DNA from: Raillietiella orientalis
Lineage: Eukaryota
Length of the DNA stretch: 64,000 bases
Reading direction: 5' to 3'
Assembly: GCA_036172245.1 (NCBI GenBank)
Contig: JAYWIR010000004.1
Location: forward strand, 2,542,001-2,606,000
The position numbers and the translations under genes were made by a program. Of this stretch, positions 38,151 to 52,880 are shown piece after piece; the stretch's first letter is position 1, and every line of letters starts with the position of its first letter. The notes beneath the pieces were generated by a model. The model did no database searches, was not told where the DNA came from, and saw only the letters and a list, made by a program, of their open reading frames with translations.

Positions 38151-41100
38151 GTTGTATCCGTGCCATCGTTGGGGCCTGACTGGTACTGGAAACCACCACG
38201 CAGCGAAAGGAGTTCACCAGGATGGCAGTCATTTACATCAGGTCGGCTGCGAGGTGGCCTCACCTGGAAGAGGGAGCCAAGGAAGAGATCACCAGCATCC
38301 ACAGCCGATAGATAGGCGCTTGAAACGGAAACGGCGGACCTGGTGATTCTTATCCCTTCCCTCGCTTTATTCTTTTTTTTTTTCATATTCCTCACTCCCA
38401 TTTCGCTCTGTAACTTTCTTGGTGCTTTCGTTTTTATCCCGATGCATGCAGAGCGAAACCAAAGATTCGTGCCTCTTCCCACCCATTTCTTTTTCTTTTT
38501 TTTCTGCGCTCTTGCCCCTCCTCCGTTCCGAACTCTGCTGTCCCGGCCTGCGTGCCGGTGGACCTTCCTCTTTGTTTCTTATAGTCATCGGTTGGGAACT
38601 TTGTTCTCAACTGGTTTATTTTTATAAAATAAACGCCCCGGCGGGACCGGTTGATACATTCCAGCTCGGAACCTGGTGGCCTGGCGCGGGTCCACGAGCA
38701 CAGAAAAACGTTCGGCAAGAGCATCGCTTCTCTTCCTCGCCTCCCCCTCCTCCCCTTGCTAACGAGAGGACTCCACGCGTTACGGGGTGGTCGAGAAAGC
38801 GGTGTCCCACGCGTCGTCTGCATGAAGAGAGGCTGCGTCGCGCGGGTGCAGGGCGCTCCTTTGGTGGTGACTCGGAAATCCTCGCTCCTGTCGTTCCTCC
38901 AAAACAGGCAGGCAAGTAGAATGTCCGCAAGGAGCACTCACCCTCCAGCTAGCATCCCATCAGTATTTCCGGAAGCTTCGATTCCCGGAAATAGATGGCG
39001 AACTCGAGCAGCCGCATCCCCAGTAGCGTTATTTGCTCGCTTTGGGTTTGGCCGTCGAAGCCTCGTTCTGGAAGAGCGCGTGATCGAGCACGTGTCAGAA
39101 GCACTTTTGGTAGTCACTGCGCATCCATCCGACATCCTGCTCTCCTACCGACATTGAGAGTTGCTGTTGCTCCTAACACATCGTTCCTTTGGCTAAGGTT
39201 CGGTTTGGCTAAGGCGGCGGTAAATGCAAGGCGCCGGTCGATCCGAAGTTTCGGATCAAGGTGCAGCTCCCCATTTTCAAAAAGAAGGACAGCAGCTGGA
39301 AACTGATTTTCGTTCGTATTGATCCTTCCAGCGAACGGATTCCGTGCCCGGATCAGCGTGGCATCTGACATGCATTCGATTAAAACCTCACACAAGAAGC
39401 AGGGTACGCTCTTTTGAAATTAGCAGCAGATGATTCATCTGAGCACATACGTGTCCAAAGAACGCTTGAATGTTGTTGCGCACTTCTGCGGGGAATTTTT
39501 CGATGGCCACGCATAAATTATTTCGGACGATGTAAAGTATGACGGCCGTAGCAGGAATCCGGAAACCCGTTGATTCCGTTTTTGGTTTCCGCTTGCGAGA
39601 AAGGAATGAAAGTACGAAAGAAAGTATCAGGGATTGTGGCAGAAACGCACGAATTCAGCTACGTGTTGGGAGAAGAAGAAGAAGAAAAAAAAGAACGTAC
39701 GCACACGCACACGCGGAAAAGAAGAAGAAGAAAAAAAAACAGCATCCTCCTCAGATCAGAGCATTCTAGCGCCATCTTTCTAAATGGAGACGTCTACTGC
39801 AAAATATACCTTCGAGAACGCGCCTTTTTTTCCAAGCAGGGCCGCGAGTAGAACTCATTCCTCACGAAGCGTTTGTTTTGAAGACAAAAAAAGAAGAAAA
39901 AAAATTCATCCTTCCACTTGGCCATCTGCATTCGAAGCTGCCAATTGCATTTGCAAATTCCTCATCCTCACGACGCACATGTCTTCGAGATGAATTCATT
40001 TACGCAGGCGCAGTATGTGGGAAACTTCTTCCCGGAATGAACATCTGCGCACCTGTTGGTCAGGTCATCTACTGATTATGCTGCTGGATTTAGTGATGGG
40101 TTCCTTCCACAACCGAAGAACCTCTCTTCCTCCGGAGAAATATTCCGTTCATCAAGACAACTTTCCCATGCCTTATCAAATATCTACCTCCCACTCTACC
40201 TCCCTTAGAAGATCTGCCTACTTCGGATTTGATTTGTCGTGGCGGCGGCCCAACCTCACAGATAACCGATTCTTGAAATCCGTGCTGATTTTTTCCCTGC
40301 AGGCATCGTGCTTAGCGAGGTTCGCCTGGAAGCGGAGTCCTGCAGTTTCAAGTTCGGGACCCACACTTTGACTGCTCTTGTCGAGTGGAGCAGCCGCGCT
40401 CTGGAGGAAGCTGCCACTCTTGGCTCAACTTGAAAGTCTTTGGCCACACGAGATGAAGAATCGCACTCCCGTTTTTTTTTTTTTTTTTCTCAACACACAC
40501 ACGCTCTCTAAAGGAGTGGACATGATGTCACGTAAACATGTCAAACGAACGGATGTTCTTGTTGTTCGTTAACGAATCGACGAAAGGATTCTCTCCGTTG
40601 ATCTTACCTGCCGCAGAAGTGTTTCAGATGCTCAGTGAGGAACGTACCTTGCTTTAATTAGTCAGAAACGAACGTACGTACGACCGAATCACTCCGAGTG
40701 ACATTTGGTATTTCTGCTTTTTTTTTTTTTTTAGTGCAGACGCGCACTTAGTGAATGGTTTTTTGCTGAGTTTTCGTAAAATGTATGCATTTTACGCGTT
40801 TACTTCGATCAAAAGGAAGACACCTGATAGCCTGCAAAAAAAAAAAAAGAAAATCCATTTCCCCAAATGTTCAAAAAATACCAAAAAAAAAGTCCGTCAC
40901 AGACATGTAATCTTATCAAACTGCTTGCTGCTCTCACTTATAGGACTGAAGGAACACTTTTCAAATTTTTTTTTTTTTTTTTTTTTTTAAAAAGGGGGGG
41001 GGGAAGAAGTAGGGATCAATAAACGAACGTGCACTTCGGTGAATTTCAACCTGTCACTAATTTCAATTCGATATTAATGCGTTTAATGAGTAATTGCTGA

Positions 41101-43299
41101 GAAACGAGATGACTGATCTATGGATGTGAAGTGGAAAATTCATCCACTGAAGCTCCCGGCGATGGGTACACATTTCGGGAGCTGGGATAATTCGACCTGT
41201 GAAGTGGTGTAACATTCCTTCACCAATCATAATGGACACAATTTAGCAGAAAAGTTGGAGACTTGTGAAGGCAGGTTGCCCACTTTGGAAGAAAATGGGA
41301 TGCATCTTCCATCGTTTCTCATGCAATGAGAATCGCAAAGCATTTCTCCCGAAAGAGATTCCTTACAACGTCTTTTCCACATATTCCACGAATCATTGTG
41401 AAAAAGCGTACTCCAATTTGCTGTACAGAAGGTACGGAAGCATGCGAGAAAGGGATTAGGCCGCTTCAAGGATTCCGGGTATCCCCTAATAAATGTGCAC
41501 TTATGACATTGAAAACGGGGAAGAAAAAAAAGGAATTTTTTTTCTTTTCCTTCCCCTCTTCCGAACAAATTATTCAATAGAAGAATTGTGTAGAATACCA
41601 CGCACTATCAGTTTCGAAATCTTCCAAAGGGAAAAGTTGCCTCTAACAAGCACCTATTTATAGATGATGAAGTTTTGCCAATTTGCAAAAGATATTAACA
41701 AGCCCTTGGGTGGAATAGAATCAGGCAATCTCTCTCTCTTGAGTTTTGTCATGTGGAGCGCAGTTGCAACTGAATAAACAGTTGGTTCCTGTGCAGTCCG
41801 GCACTTTTACCTTCATCCAACAGGAGGAGGGGGGAAAAGTAGGCACACGACTCTCGAACGTGATGACAGGGAGAAAGAAAGGTGCGAAACGAAACGAAAT
41901 ACCTTCCTTCCTGAACACCCTTCTTTGATCAAAGTCCAACTGAAAAACAGATTGTGCACCTTTTCCAAGAAAAATTACTGGAACCGAACGCATCGGGATG
42001 ACTACTGTCCCTATCGTGTGTGCTCGGGATTTATTGGGGCTGCAATGCTTACAGTCCTGGCACCGGAACCGTTCGATTTATGACGAAAATGAATGCCACG
42101 AGTTGGTTGCCTTTGTGGCTAATTGAATTTTTCCGAAAGGAAAAAGAACATAAGACACTCCGTTCTGAAACAGCCATTTTTTTTTCTATTCACCTTCCAG
42201 AATTTTCGCGAATTTCGAACCAAGCTGAAAGACCCTTGGCTCATCATCAAAAAAAACTCTTCGCTCAAGAACTCTTTGCTTGACAATCTCAAATGCTCAT
42301 GACAAAAAAAAAAAAAATTAAAAAGGTTGCTAGAAAGTATTTCCACGATGCTTGCAGCAATTCCCTTTCAGACTGAAATTGTTATTGAGCCACTGTTTTA
42401 AATGATTTATGCATCCACTTGTGAGGAAGATTTCCGTATCCACTGAGAACGATGACCTAATTTTCTCTCTCCCTCTCTCTCTAAATGGGTGATTGCTTAC
42501 CCATTCCAATTCCGGTCCGTCTCTGATTCCCAAAGGACCGTCTCCAACATGTTATAATGTTCTTGCATCCCACACACAATTTGGGTTTGATGTTCCTCGG
42601 ATGGAGACTGCAAACTGAACTCTGTCATTAATAAATGTGAGCGTTCAGCGAAAAGAAATGGGAGATGGGGAGACCGCGCCTCATGAACCACCGATGGTTC
42701 CTCCCGCATGCAAGATGCTCCAAATTTTTGAAAACTCTCAAGTTTTTGCGATTTCCAAAGAGATTTTCCAGCTCAGCGTGAAGAGGTCGTCTAAAAGCTA
42801 AAAGACGACTTGAGAGTATCCATCCACATTCATAGAGAGATGAGTATCCTGCAGCTTGAGCGTCTCCTAGGTATTTTTAGAATGACACCAACAGATGCTT
42901 TCCATTCATACTCGGCCACCATTGCAATCGCTTTCATGCTATTTTCCTTTTATTTTATTTTTCCCCTGCTTACGTTCAAGGTATTACGTAAGAAAACGTA
43001 TGACGTACGTATGCCTGATGTCGGGAGAACGGGCTGTTCGTCATCATAGAATGAAAGTAAATAGGAAAAGTAAACATACACGTGGCCGGAAAATAAAAGC
43101 TCTCAGCGATTAGGAAGAAAGTGCAGTGTAGAGCCTGATTTTTCAGTTCCTTCTGCATTGCTGAATTCCCGAGACGAAGATCTAAAATGGTGTAGGCATT
43201 TTATTTAGATGGGATGGTGGATGGCGTGAACCCTTCAGATTCGCAGATAGGATATGGCAGGCTTGCAGCCACAATCCTTCCACGATATGGCGGTGTCCA

Positions 43300-45640
43300 G
43301 CGACTGAAGCAGCAGGAGGGTGCTCCCATGCAGCCAGAAACAGCTGTTTAGATGATCCATTCTTTCCATAATGGTCCAGGAAGCGAATTCGGAAGCGCGG
43401 CTCGCCAATCTTGATTTTCTTTCCCGTGTCTTGGAAATTTGCTTCTCGCCAATTTCACCCTTTCCCTCCTCTGACTAAGAAAAAAAAGTGCCATCGGGGT
43501 CACATGAGGAACACTTCATCAGCAAAGGCTCGTGTGCTCAAAAACGAGTTTATTTATTTTTTTTTAAAAAAAAATAAAAAAAAATCCGCATGCTTGGGAA
43601 TCACGTTTCGCTTGGGAAGAAACCTTCTGGACATTATCCATCTGCTTCAATCTTGCATGCGATTGCTTCTTGCCAATGCCACACTTTGCAATAGTGACGT
43701 TAGACGGGCGAACAAGGATGAATTTTCCAATCTCACGTGAAAGGACGTTCTGTAAAACAGGGAAGGAAGAGAAACGCAGGGACGCATGTGGTTTCCCAGT
43801 TTCGTGCCGTGACTGCTTTACGCGGGAAACTTTTCAGGGAATCAAAGTTTTAACGAACCGAAATGTCATTTCAGCAGTTGGAAGTGTACGGTCCCTTCAG
43901 ATTTTTGCAAAAAGTTTCGTGGGTGGGGAAGGCGTGTACGGAGAATCGATAATTACAGTTGAAAGAAAGAATACATAATGTATTGCCTTTGCTCTTGCTC
44001 ATGATTACCGAGCGCACACACCGGTCCTGGTGTTTTTTTATGAAACACACAGACTCCGCGTGTTGGTGTCCCAAGCATCCCTAATGGAGTTGTTCGTTAA
44101 ATTGCCTTCGTTACATCGGGTGTTGTTCCGCACGCGAATACATGAATTTTTTAAACTGGCTTTCCTTGCCAGTGAAGGTCCCCCCCCCCTTCCCTCCCTC
44201 TCTCTCTTGTTGTTCTTGGTCAGAAGGAATAACAAAATCATAAATATCTCCTGATTTTGTCTTTGGGGGAAACTCGGTTGTTTTATGTATTTTCAGACCT
44301 TAGATGGACGCTTAGATCTCACGCTTTTCCGTTGGATCTTGATGATCTGGAAAAATAGCAAGATAAAAGTAAGATAAAATTAACGGAATAGCATTTCGAA
44401 AATACGTTTCCTCGATTCGTGGACCTAGCTCGAGATAAAGAATCAGCAAGGAAGTTGGGTTTTCCAGGTGCCCAAGAAAATAATATGAGACACAAAGGGG
44501 AAAAAAAAGTCTAAATGCGATGATTTGCCACATTTTCATAAGACTCGGATCTCCCCCTCCCCTCCCCTTCCCCGTGCAGCAGACACTCTAAGAAGAAAGA
44601 AAGAAAAGTTCTAGGCACAAGCGCTTCAATTTTTCCAAAAAAATCCTTCCGATTTTTTGCCGTTTTATCCAGTCTCGTTGTTTTCACGAGAAGGATCATT
44701 TGCAGATGAATCATGTCTTCTAGTTACGTGGAACTTCTGGGAGGGATGCCGGATGATGACTCGAAGGAACGAAACAGCTTCTGCATATCAAAGAGTTTTC
44801 AAGCTCGGAAAAAAGACGGAAGACTTGCAATTTCGTTTTTTTTTTTTCCCCCCCCTTCGAAATCCAGAGTCCGACCTATTGCTGTGATATCTCACGCATT
44901 GCCAGTAAACAATGATCAGCTCCGGGATTACAGATAAAAAGGAATGCTGTTAGAGACGGTATGAAAAGCCTTCAAAACAGATAAGTCACCTATCGGGAGT
45001 ATGCAAATGCCTGGACAAGTGCTGACAGCTGGCGTTCGCGCTTAATCTCTCATAATGACTCTCATGGGCAAGTCAGGCAATGATTTCTTCCATTCTCCCT
45101 CCCCCTTCTTTTTTGTCCTGAGATGCAGAATTCTAAAATGATGCGACAAAGGAGTCGAGGGATCAGCCAGGTATCGTGGAAGGGAAGTGGAAATTCGTTC
45201 CCATTTTAATAAATGAACTATCACTCTAAGTGGCAAAAGTGGTCAACTTGGGAATCAGTTGGTTCCGACGAGCTATTGAGCAATATATTCTTTGCATATG
45301 AAGCCGCGGGATCCGAAAAATCGTGCTCTGCCGTGCCTCGAGAAGCTTCGAGACCAAACGGCATTGCCGGTGGAGAGGCCAGCCATGTGATCCCGGAAAG
45401 AGACGAGCATGCAGGCGAAGGGTCTTGCTGCCACCAAGAAGGAGGCACCTGGAACAAATCATTCCTTCAGATCGTGGAAGTTGATCTCAAAGATTGGTCG
45501 ACAGAGCACAGAGAAACTCTACTGGAAAAGGAAGATTCTCGAACAGGTGGATTCACAAATTTGGAAAAGGTGGTTCTTTGCCCATGAAGAACTCGTCATT
45601 ACACTCATCGTTGCACAATCTGGGCAACCCTGTTAGAGAC
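43300..45640 (+). mobile_element. Decayed RLE-class element (RT to RLE)
   Basis: LLYAGN (~LAYADD), VGVP (~LGVP), DSWR (~DWRF), LQIVEV...ETLLEK, TLIVAQSG (~LIVGSLG). Confidence 0.45.
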
Positions 45641-45699
45641 GGAAGGATACAGTTCGTCGACCGGAAAGTAAAGAGCAAGATGGAAAGCATCTGATGACC

Positions 45700-46620
45700 A
45701 AAGGGAAGGAGTGATTTCCGTACATCCTGTACGGAATATGATCCCAAATTCGAGGATTCGAGAAAGTTGGATGACTCACAGCGTCTGAGCGTCCACCACC
45801 ACCTTGGGAACTCTAGAAAACTCTTGCATCTGCCTCCACTCCATTCTCATAGGGCGGATGAGATCCCGAAGCCGAGCGACGTTTCCGCAGCAATGCATCT
45901 GGGGATGACAATGGACCTCTCTTTCTGAAGACACAAAGACCTTCTCTGATGCAGGACAGAGCCCCAGGAAATGCAGCAAGCTGAACCATCAGGTGGAAGG
46001 AATGAGAAGGAGGGAGAGACTTTGGTTTCGGACCCACAGAGGCGATGATCAGAGAACGGGAAAATGGCTTGAAGGCCTTTTCGCCTACCCAATCCCCTCA
46101 GGGGCGAAAGCCACCATCATCCAAAGTAGCCTTTCTGAATCCCGATAAAAGAAAAAGTCCTCGACAGAGTGATTGGAAACTTCGAGATACATCAGAGTGA
46201 CCCGCTCAGGAAGACTTCATTCAGGAGATGAGGTCATCTTTTGGATGAAAGGTGCTGTGGAGTGACGAGTGATCCCAGATCCAGATGCTGAACAGAGAAA
46301 GGAAAGGTACAAGGATGAAGATGGAAAGGCCTGTATAAAAATAGGTCTCCGTAGAAGTTCAAGGGTGCCATTTTCAAAGTGAAGAAAAAAAAACGCACAC
46401 TTTCTTGCGAGAGATTCTTCCTAGAAACTGAATGATGGCCACTGGATTGCTTCCTTCTGCTGCAAAACCACCCGTGATGACCATACCCGACACTGAAAAT
46501 AAAAATTTCCGTGGGTTGGTGTTTCTTCGGCACACGCGAGACAAATGGAATGTTCTGCACGCAATGGCTCTGGGAAGACCTGACATTCCGATAGAAGAAC
46601 TGGGATCATCCCGGTCCTCG
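45700..46620 (-). mobile_element. Decayed RLE-class C-terminal fragment, tail-to-tail with the previous element
   Basis: GLPRAIA...FH (thumb-region echo) and a DHI...GC knuckle echo near 45740. Confidence 0.3.
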
Positions 46621-49600
46621 CAGAGTCGTCGCATGAGGAGAATCAGAACCAAATCGTCTCTGACAGTCCCCAAAGTCCCACAGGGAAAACCGATGGAACG
46701 CTCAGGAGCTTGCGGATGCCAGAGAAGAGTTGCAGATCGCTTGCTCCCGTGATGCTCTCAAGTCCCAGAACCTCCGAATCCAGTGGAAAGCGCGCGCGCC
46801 GCCCGACTCTATAACCGTCCACTGAGTGCCATCCGTTTCCCGAGCAGGTAAAGCGAGGACCGATTCCGCGTTCTTTTCCTTCCTCCCTCCCCTTCTTCCC
46901 CCAACGGAGTGACTTGGATCCTCAGCACTTGGAATTCTGCAGAGTTGAGCGAGATGAGTCTGGCGTAAGATGAGGATTCACCGAATAACGAGTTGCGTCG
47001 GCAAACAGATGACTGCCACAGCATCCAGTCGTGATCCCCCCCTTCCTCACCAAGGAAACGAACAAATAAAATAAAGATTAAAATAATCTGGGAGAGACCT
47101 CCTTAGAACGACGGGTAAAGCGAATGCGATGGTCGCGGCGTCTCCAGGCAACAGAGAAGATCCGGGCAAAGTGAGAAAAACGAGAGCCGTGTCTACCTCT
47201 TCCGAAAGACAGCAGTGAAGAGCAAACTGACGCGGTCACATGACCATCCTGGATGCCGTGAAGCCCGGGAAGAAGCGAGAAATTCGATGCGGGCGAAACC
47301 ACGTGGAACGCCTAAGGGCTGGTCATCCGGCTGCGAGCCGTCCTGACTTTGGAGAGGCAGCTTCACGCGCAGCTGCCATTCCGCCCTCGTGCCATCTTTA
47401 GAAAGTGGCTTCCAGGAAAATCCACCTCTTTCTCCTCCTTGCCGTTCCCGCTTCCAGCGCTTCCTTTTTTCTTTTTACCTCCTTGCCTTCAAGACGGATA
47501 TGCATCTGCAGCTTCTCCCCACCCTCAAGATGCTTGAAATCTGAGAGAAAAAAAAAAGCCACCTTCGTGGTCCAGCATTCAAGATAAGGAATTTCCTTGT
47601 GGCCCCTCCGCGCAAAGACGCGCTGACGCTTTTTTTTCCTTTTTCCATTTTCTTGCTTCGTGTTACTGGCAGTTGACTTTTTTTCATCCCCCCCCCTCCC
47701 TCCCCGAAGAAATCGCCGCTGCAGCAAACCATGGCGCATACCCTGCAGATTGAGCTGTGTGGCTTCGTTTCTAGAAGATTCGGTGGGACTTGGGCTCGGA
47801 GGCTGGATCGAAAGCCTCGAAATGATTGGAGAGTGCAAAGCTGCGCAGACGAACTCTGTCCTTCCGGGCCGTCGAGGTGCAAGAAGTGGAAGAGCAGACC
47901 CCGGGGTTTCGCTTTGGTTCTGCTTCCCGGAGCGATCGTTCCTGTTCGTCCAAGCTCGTCAGGAGGACGTCCACCTTTCCTATAGTGTGCGACGAACGCG
48001 CCGGTCGAAAATCTACGACACACTGCAAGGATAAGTAGATTCCAGTCTGTGCACGGTTCTCATGGCAACTTCCCAAGCGGGCGATCTCTGCGAGCTGCCG
48101 ACTTTTCCAAAATCTGTGCGCGTCATTGAAGAAGGTTCACTGCTAAAGCGCTGGCCGGAGAGAGCTGCTGCCCTCTGCCCGCGAATCGATGGACCTCTGT
48201 TCAAAGAGAAAGAGGAGTAAGCTGCTAGGGATGCTGGATCTCGAGTCTTCGAATTTCGGTTTGAACGCATTCCTTTCCCTCTGTTGCGGGAACGCGCTGT
48301 AGCACACTGCATCATCTGTTGCGTCGTCTGCGAAGAGTGCCTTTTGGTCCCTTTGGCAGCATCCTTCCACGGAGTGGTATTCATCTTTTCGATCTTCAGA
48401 TTGAGCAGGAGGCTGCTTACGCAAGCACCTCCTTCCCGGCCTGGCTTTAAAGACTCCGTCCCCCAGAAGGTCCTCTGTAAAACACACGAGAAGTCGGGAG
48501 GGGTCACCTTCTGACCTTTCGCTCCTCCCCTCGGGGGTGCGGCGGAACGTGTGTGGCCGCCGTCCCATCAGAGACCCTGCTCTTCAGCGACGGCGGATGC
48601 TGTGCACGCAGGCTTGCCTTCGTCCTGAGGGAGCACTTTTCTTACCTCGCGATCTCCCGTGCTGTCAAAAGCCGTCTTCCCCTCCCCCCCTCCCCGGGCA
48701 GCAGTTGCCCCGCTGGGAACCCTCCCTACTGCAAATTTCCATCTTATCTAGATGACGGGAGCTGCGAGGGTGTGACATCCTGCCCTTCAGCGCAGACGTT
48801 AAGCAAAGAGCCGATCGCATGCGCGAAACGAGATGCCAGCGAGCAGCAGATCTGAAGGGAGGACGGAGGGAAGGGGGGGAGGGGGAGGAAGGAATGAAAG
48901 CCGCTTCCCGGCGGTTGCTTCCATAGGAACATCCGGGGAACTCCGTTCCCCCCTCGGGCATCCCCACCCGTCAGATCGGCATCCACTTGGCGCGCGCCGG
49001 CGGCATCTTTCACCGATAGGGAACGGCGGCGATCCGCCCTATCAGCCGATAGGATGCAGCGGAACCTTCGAGAACACGGAATGCTCACATCGTCTCAAGC
49101 CTCCGCCATCTATGAGGTGGTCTCTGCGTCTCAGGCTCGGATCCCCGACAAGCCGGCCGAGTGCTCCCGGCAGCAGGCGGGAAGTTTCGCCATCAAACGC
49201 CAGGTCACACTGGTGAAGGACTCCGTTGCGAAGATGGCGGTCTCTAGAAAATGGGGGACAGGTCTTCGTGAAGCACCCCGCCTTCCTTCCTGGAGCGGGA
49301 CGGCTCTCCGAGAAGATTAAGGAAAGGAGGACGTCTGGGAAGCTGCGTTTCGCGTCCACCGCGATGGAGCACCGCTAATTCTCTGTCTTCTCTGGAAAGA
49401 ACCAGAAGGGAATTGGGCGATTCCTCGACAGTTCCAATCCGCCTCCCAGCATAGGGGCGAGGAACCTGTGGATCATTTCCGTTTGGTGCGCCATTCCTGG
49501 AGCACTTCCACCAGAGCGCTTCGGCTTCAGATGGCGGGTAACACTAGCAAGGAAGAGAAACTTCGATGCCGAACTAGCACGTGGTCCATCACGGCCGTAT

Positions 49601-50399
49601 CTCCTCCCCATATCGCTTTCGAAGCGCGATAACCATCCAATCACCATGGTTCGGGTGTTTCCTGTCGGCTTAGTCCTGTCGCCACTCCGGCGGCGGCACC
49701 CTGGGAAGATCTCCCCGCTTCCCCATCCTCCCGGGGCCGCCGCCCCCTCCAGCAAGTACGCCGGAGCTCTTTGCATGCAGCCCCGGCCTCGATGGGGAAG
49801 AAGCGGTCCTATCGTGGCGCCTCACGCGCAAGCCACCCTCGCCGCTTCCTTCCCACTCCGCGCAAAGGGAGGCGCCTGTGCGTCAGGAGGCTCCGGGTAT
49901 AAAAGCGGAAGGGACCCTCGCCAAGCAGGCCCAGCGCAAGATAGCAGTGGTCCCGCACTCCCGCCGTCTTGCCCAGGGGAACCCGGCCGTCCCAAGTCAG
50001 AGCTCTCGAGGTCGACACGGGTCACATCTCCGGGTTCCATCCGAGCCATCTCCGTCCATCCTTAAATTTGCGCGCTACCGAACGGGAATGACATCTTGAT
50101 CCATCATCATTATGAATAGGAGGGGTGGTAATACCGGTGTGCTACGAATTGCGGCGTTGGCGTTGCTGCTGGCATCCCTGCTGGACTGGACGTTTGAATT
50201 GAACTCAAACGGCGGTGTTAGCGATAGCAACTGTTGCCATCATTACTTTGCTGCTGCGCATAATGATGCTGGAGAAACGTAAATGAATCATCTCCACCGA
50301 CCACGGCGTCGAAACTCCGTCGCTATTCGTTTTATTTAATATATTAATAATTTAAACACTGACGCGGATGGCATTGGTGCACGGGACTCGCCTGATATG

Positions 50400-50900
50400 C
50401 ATATCGGACGAAAAACGTGACTCCACCCATAATTCCAAGCCCGTTCCGCTGCGACTCGTGCGTCTCCTGCGGGAGGTACGTCCGGGCATTTGCGTCCCGC
50501 TTGGTCGCGGCTCGCCACTGGACCGTGACTCACCCAGGTCAAGTGCCTCGTTCGCGCGTAGAAGCATCGCAGCACCATCCAATCCTTCTCGCTCTTAGCT
50601 TCCATGTGACCTCTGCTAAGTAATCGAGATGACGTCAGCCACCGTGACGTTCCTCTCGATGCGGGTCGGCGTTCGTTTCCACATGCTGCTGCCCGTCCAA
50701 ACGCACCTCCTCTGGATAATTCTTTTCTCCCAGCTCCTTTTTTTTTTTTTTTTTTTCGGGTTTTCTTTTTTTGGTCCGCCAAGTACTGAAGAAACGTTTT
50801 TTTCTTTAGGGGGAGCATTGGTGATGCCCGACGATGCCTCCACATGGGGACTCACGAAGCTCTTGAAACGCTGCCACCCAAGGGCGCGTGTAACTCAGTT
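50400..50900 (-). mobile_element. Decayed Utopia/NeSL-like RLE fragment
   Basis: RNVTVADVIS (~VTI.DV.I), DGAAMLLRANEALDLG (~GALG.W...N...L..LG). Confidence 0.5.
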
Positions 50901-52199
50901 AGGGGGGCAGATCCGAAGTGACCACCATAATTTGTCCAAGACAGCTCCGCAGGAAGGAATCCGTTCCTCTCATTCTTGGGAGGGAAAGAAACGGGGAGGG
51001 CCTGAAGGGGCCGCCCCTCATTTCTTCTCCGAATGGAACCCGGAAGGAGTTTCCCGGATGGAGACGTCCTCAGGACGATGCCCGAGCCGGTGCGTCCAGG
51101 AAACGAAACGATTGCACCGGAAGAAAAGATTCAATAAGAAGCCTTATCCATAAAAAGCCTTCCCTTCTCCGTATTCCCCGCCCCCTCTTCTTCTCGCAGC
51201 ATGCCCGATTCCCGCAGGACTCCATTCGTTGCAGGGATCCCACGTCCCGTGCTGAACGCACGGACCTCGGCTTGTAACCAACCCTCTCCGGGAGACTCGG
51301 TTTATCACCCGATCACGCGAGGATGTTCATTATGAATTCTACAGAAGAGTTCCCTAAACAGTAAATAAAAAATAAACATACATGTGGAGGGCTATAGGTC
51401 CTGCATTCTCCGAAAATGCTCAAAGCTTGTTGAGTGACCAGCACGCAGGCCGGCGAGGTTCACCTCGGCAGCTGAGGTGGAGGTAGTAAACAAAATTAAA
51501 AATAAAACAAATATGTATATATACAAAAAAATTGACACGGTCAAGGAAGGGATCATTATCCGCTGGAGGGTGTCCTCTGCATCTTTTCCAGGATGCCGCC
51601 AAGTTCCATTCGAGTATGCCCCAGGTGGGGCCACTTAGCTGCCGTCCGCAGGAAGCGCATGGCAAAACACATGGTATCCCTATAGTGACGTCCTCCTCTC
51701 GCGTAGCTCTAGGCCGCCACAATCTCACGTAGGCAGCAGCAAAGAGCTGCTGGGGATGCGGCAAGCGAAAGGGCATCGCGCACGAAGAGGAGCTTCGTCA
51801 CGTCCCTGGGATTGTCCTTTGATGCCCCAAGGGCCGTTGCGTAACGCAACCACAGGGGAAGGAGGGAAACAGTCTACAAGCAGGTGCGGGATGGATTCCA
51901 GTTCCTTGCACCTGCAACAGTGGGGTCCACAGTCCCCCAGGTCCAGTGAGAGCGGCAGGCGTTTCACGGGAGATCCCAGTGCAACAGCAGAAGTGCCGGC
52001 TCCTTACACTTCAGGAGGAGGCCTGATTGTTCTTCAGCGCTGGAGAGCACTCGAGGTCTTCCTGTGAAATTCTCACTTCAGCACAATAGTCCTTTCGATG
52101 TGGCACTTGGGGTCGCAGCATCCGTGACCTGGCCCGTGATCCAACCACCTAGTTCCCTCGTCTTCTGACTGATTTCTCAACTGACCTCCTATTTGGCTA

Positions 52200-52880
52200 G
52201 CTGATTACTGACTAGGGGCTCCCTGAGGGAAGACAGTACTGCAGCTAGGGAGCTTCTTTGTGCCCACGCACATGTGGGGGGCTGATGTCCTGCAGTGAGC
52301 GGTTGTTGTAGAAAGAGTACAGAAGTCGCTGACGCTTCTCCAGGCCCGCTTCGTTATTCTTAGCCCATGTGCGCACAGTTTCCTGCAACCAGGCACTACC
52401 GTGCTTCCTGGTCGGCGCCTCCGTCCTCCCTCTTCTGCGCCGGTAGACCGCCATCTTGCCGGCGCACTGGGCGCTCCCTTGAAACGAGAAACGCCACTTC
52501 GCCTCAGAACGGCACCACCCCTGGAGGAGAGTTCTCAAAGAATGCCCCCTGCGGGGAAGCGCACGTACCGCCACAGGAATTCGGGAGGCTGCGTCGCATC
52601 GCTGAAGGACTTCAGCTCCGCGTGACGCCCCAGAAGACCTGATGAGACGAACGTCGACGTCTCCAGGCTTGCCGGTCGCCTCGTAGCTGACGGCGCTTCG
52701 TCACCTGCGAGCAGCGGCAACCGCCAAAATGGAGGGAGAGGAAGAGGAGGAATGCGGCCGACATCCCGGAGAGCCTTTTGCTGTCAACACCGCCTACACG
52801 CGAAGAGCAGCGAAATGGTCCGGTCCGGGATGTGACCTACGAGGGAACCATCGAATTCTCGTGATCAGGCTCACCGAAAA
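52200..52880 (+). mobile_element. Decayed Utopia-like RLE/C-terminus
   Basis: RLRP...VD (~LRPD), LETRNA (~FENR.A), CVASLKDF (~VGSLG.W), KWS near the C-terminus. Confidence 0.45.

Noticed and set aside
52636..52665. Hammerhead-like CTGATGAGACGAACGTCGAC
   Set aside because: It lacks the GAAA core and convincing stems I and III.
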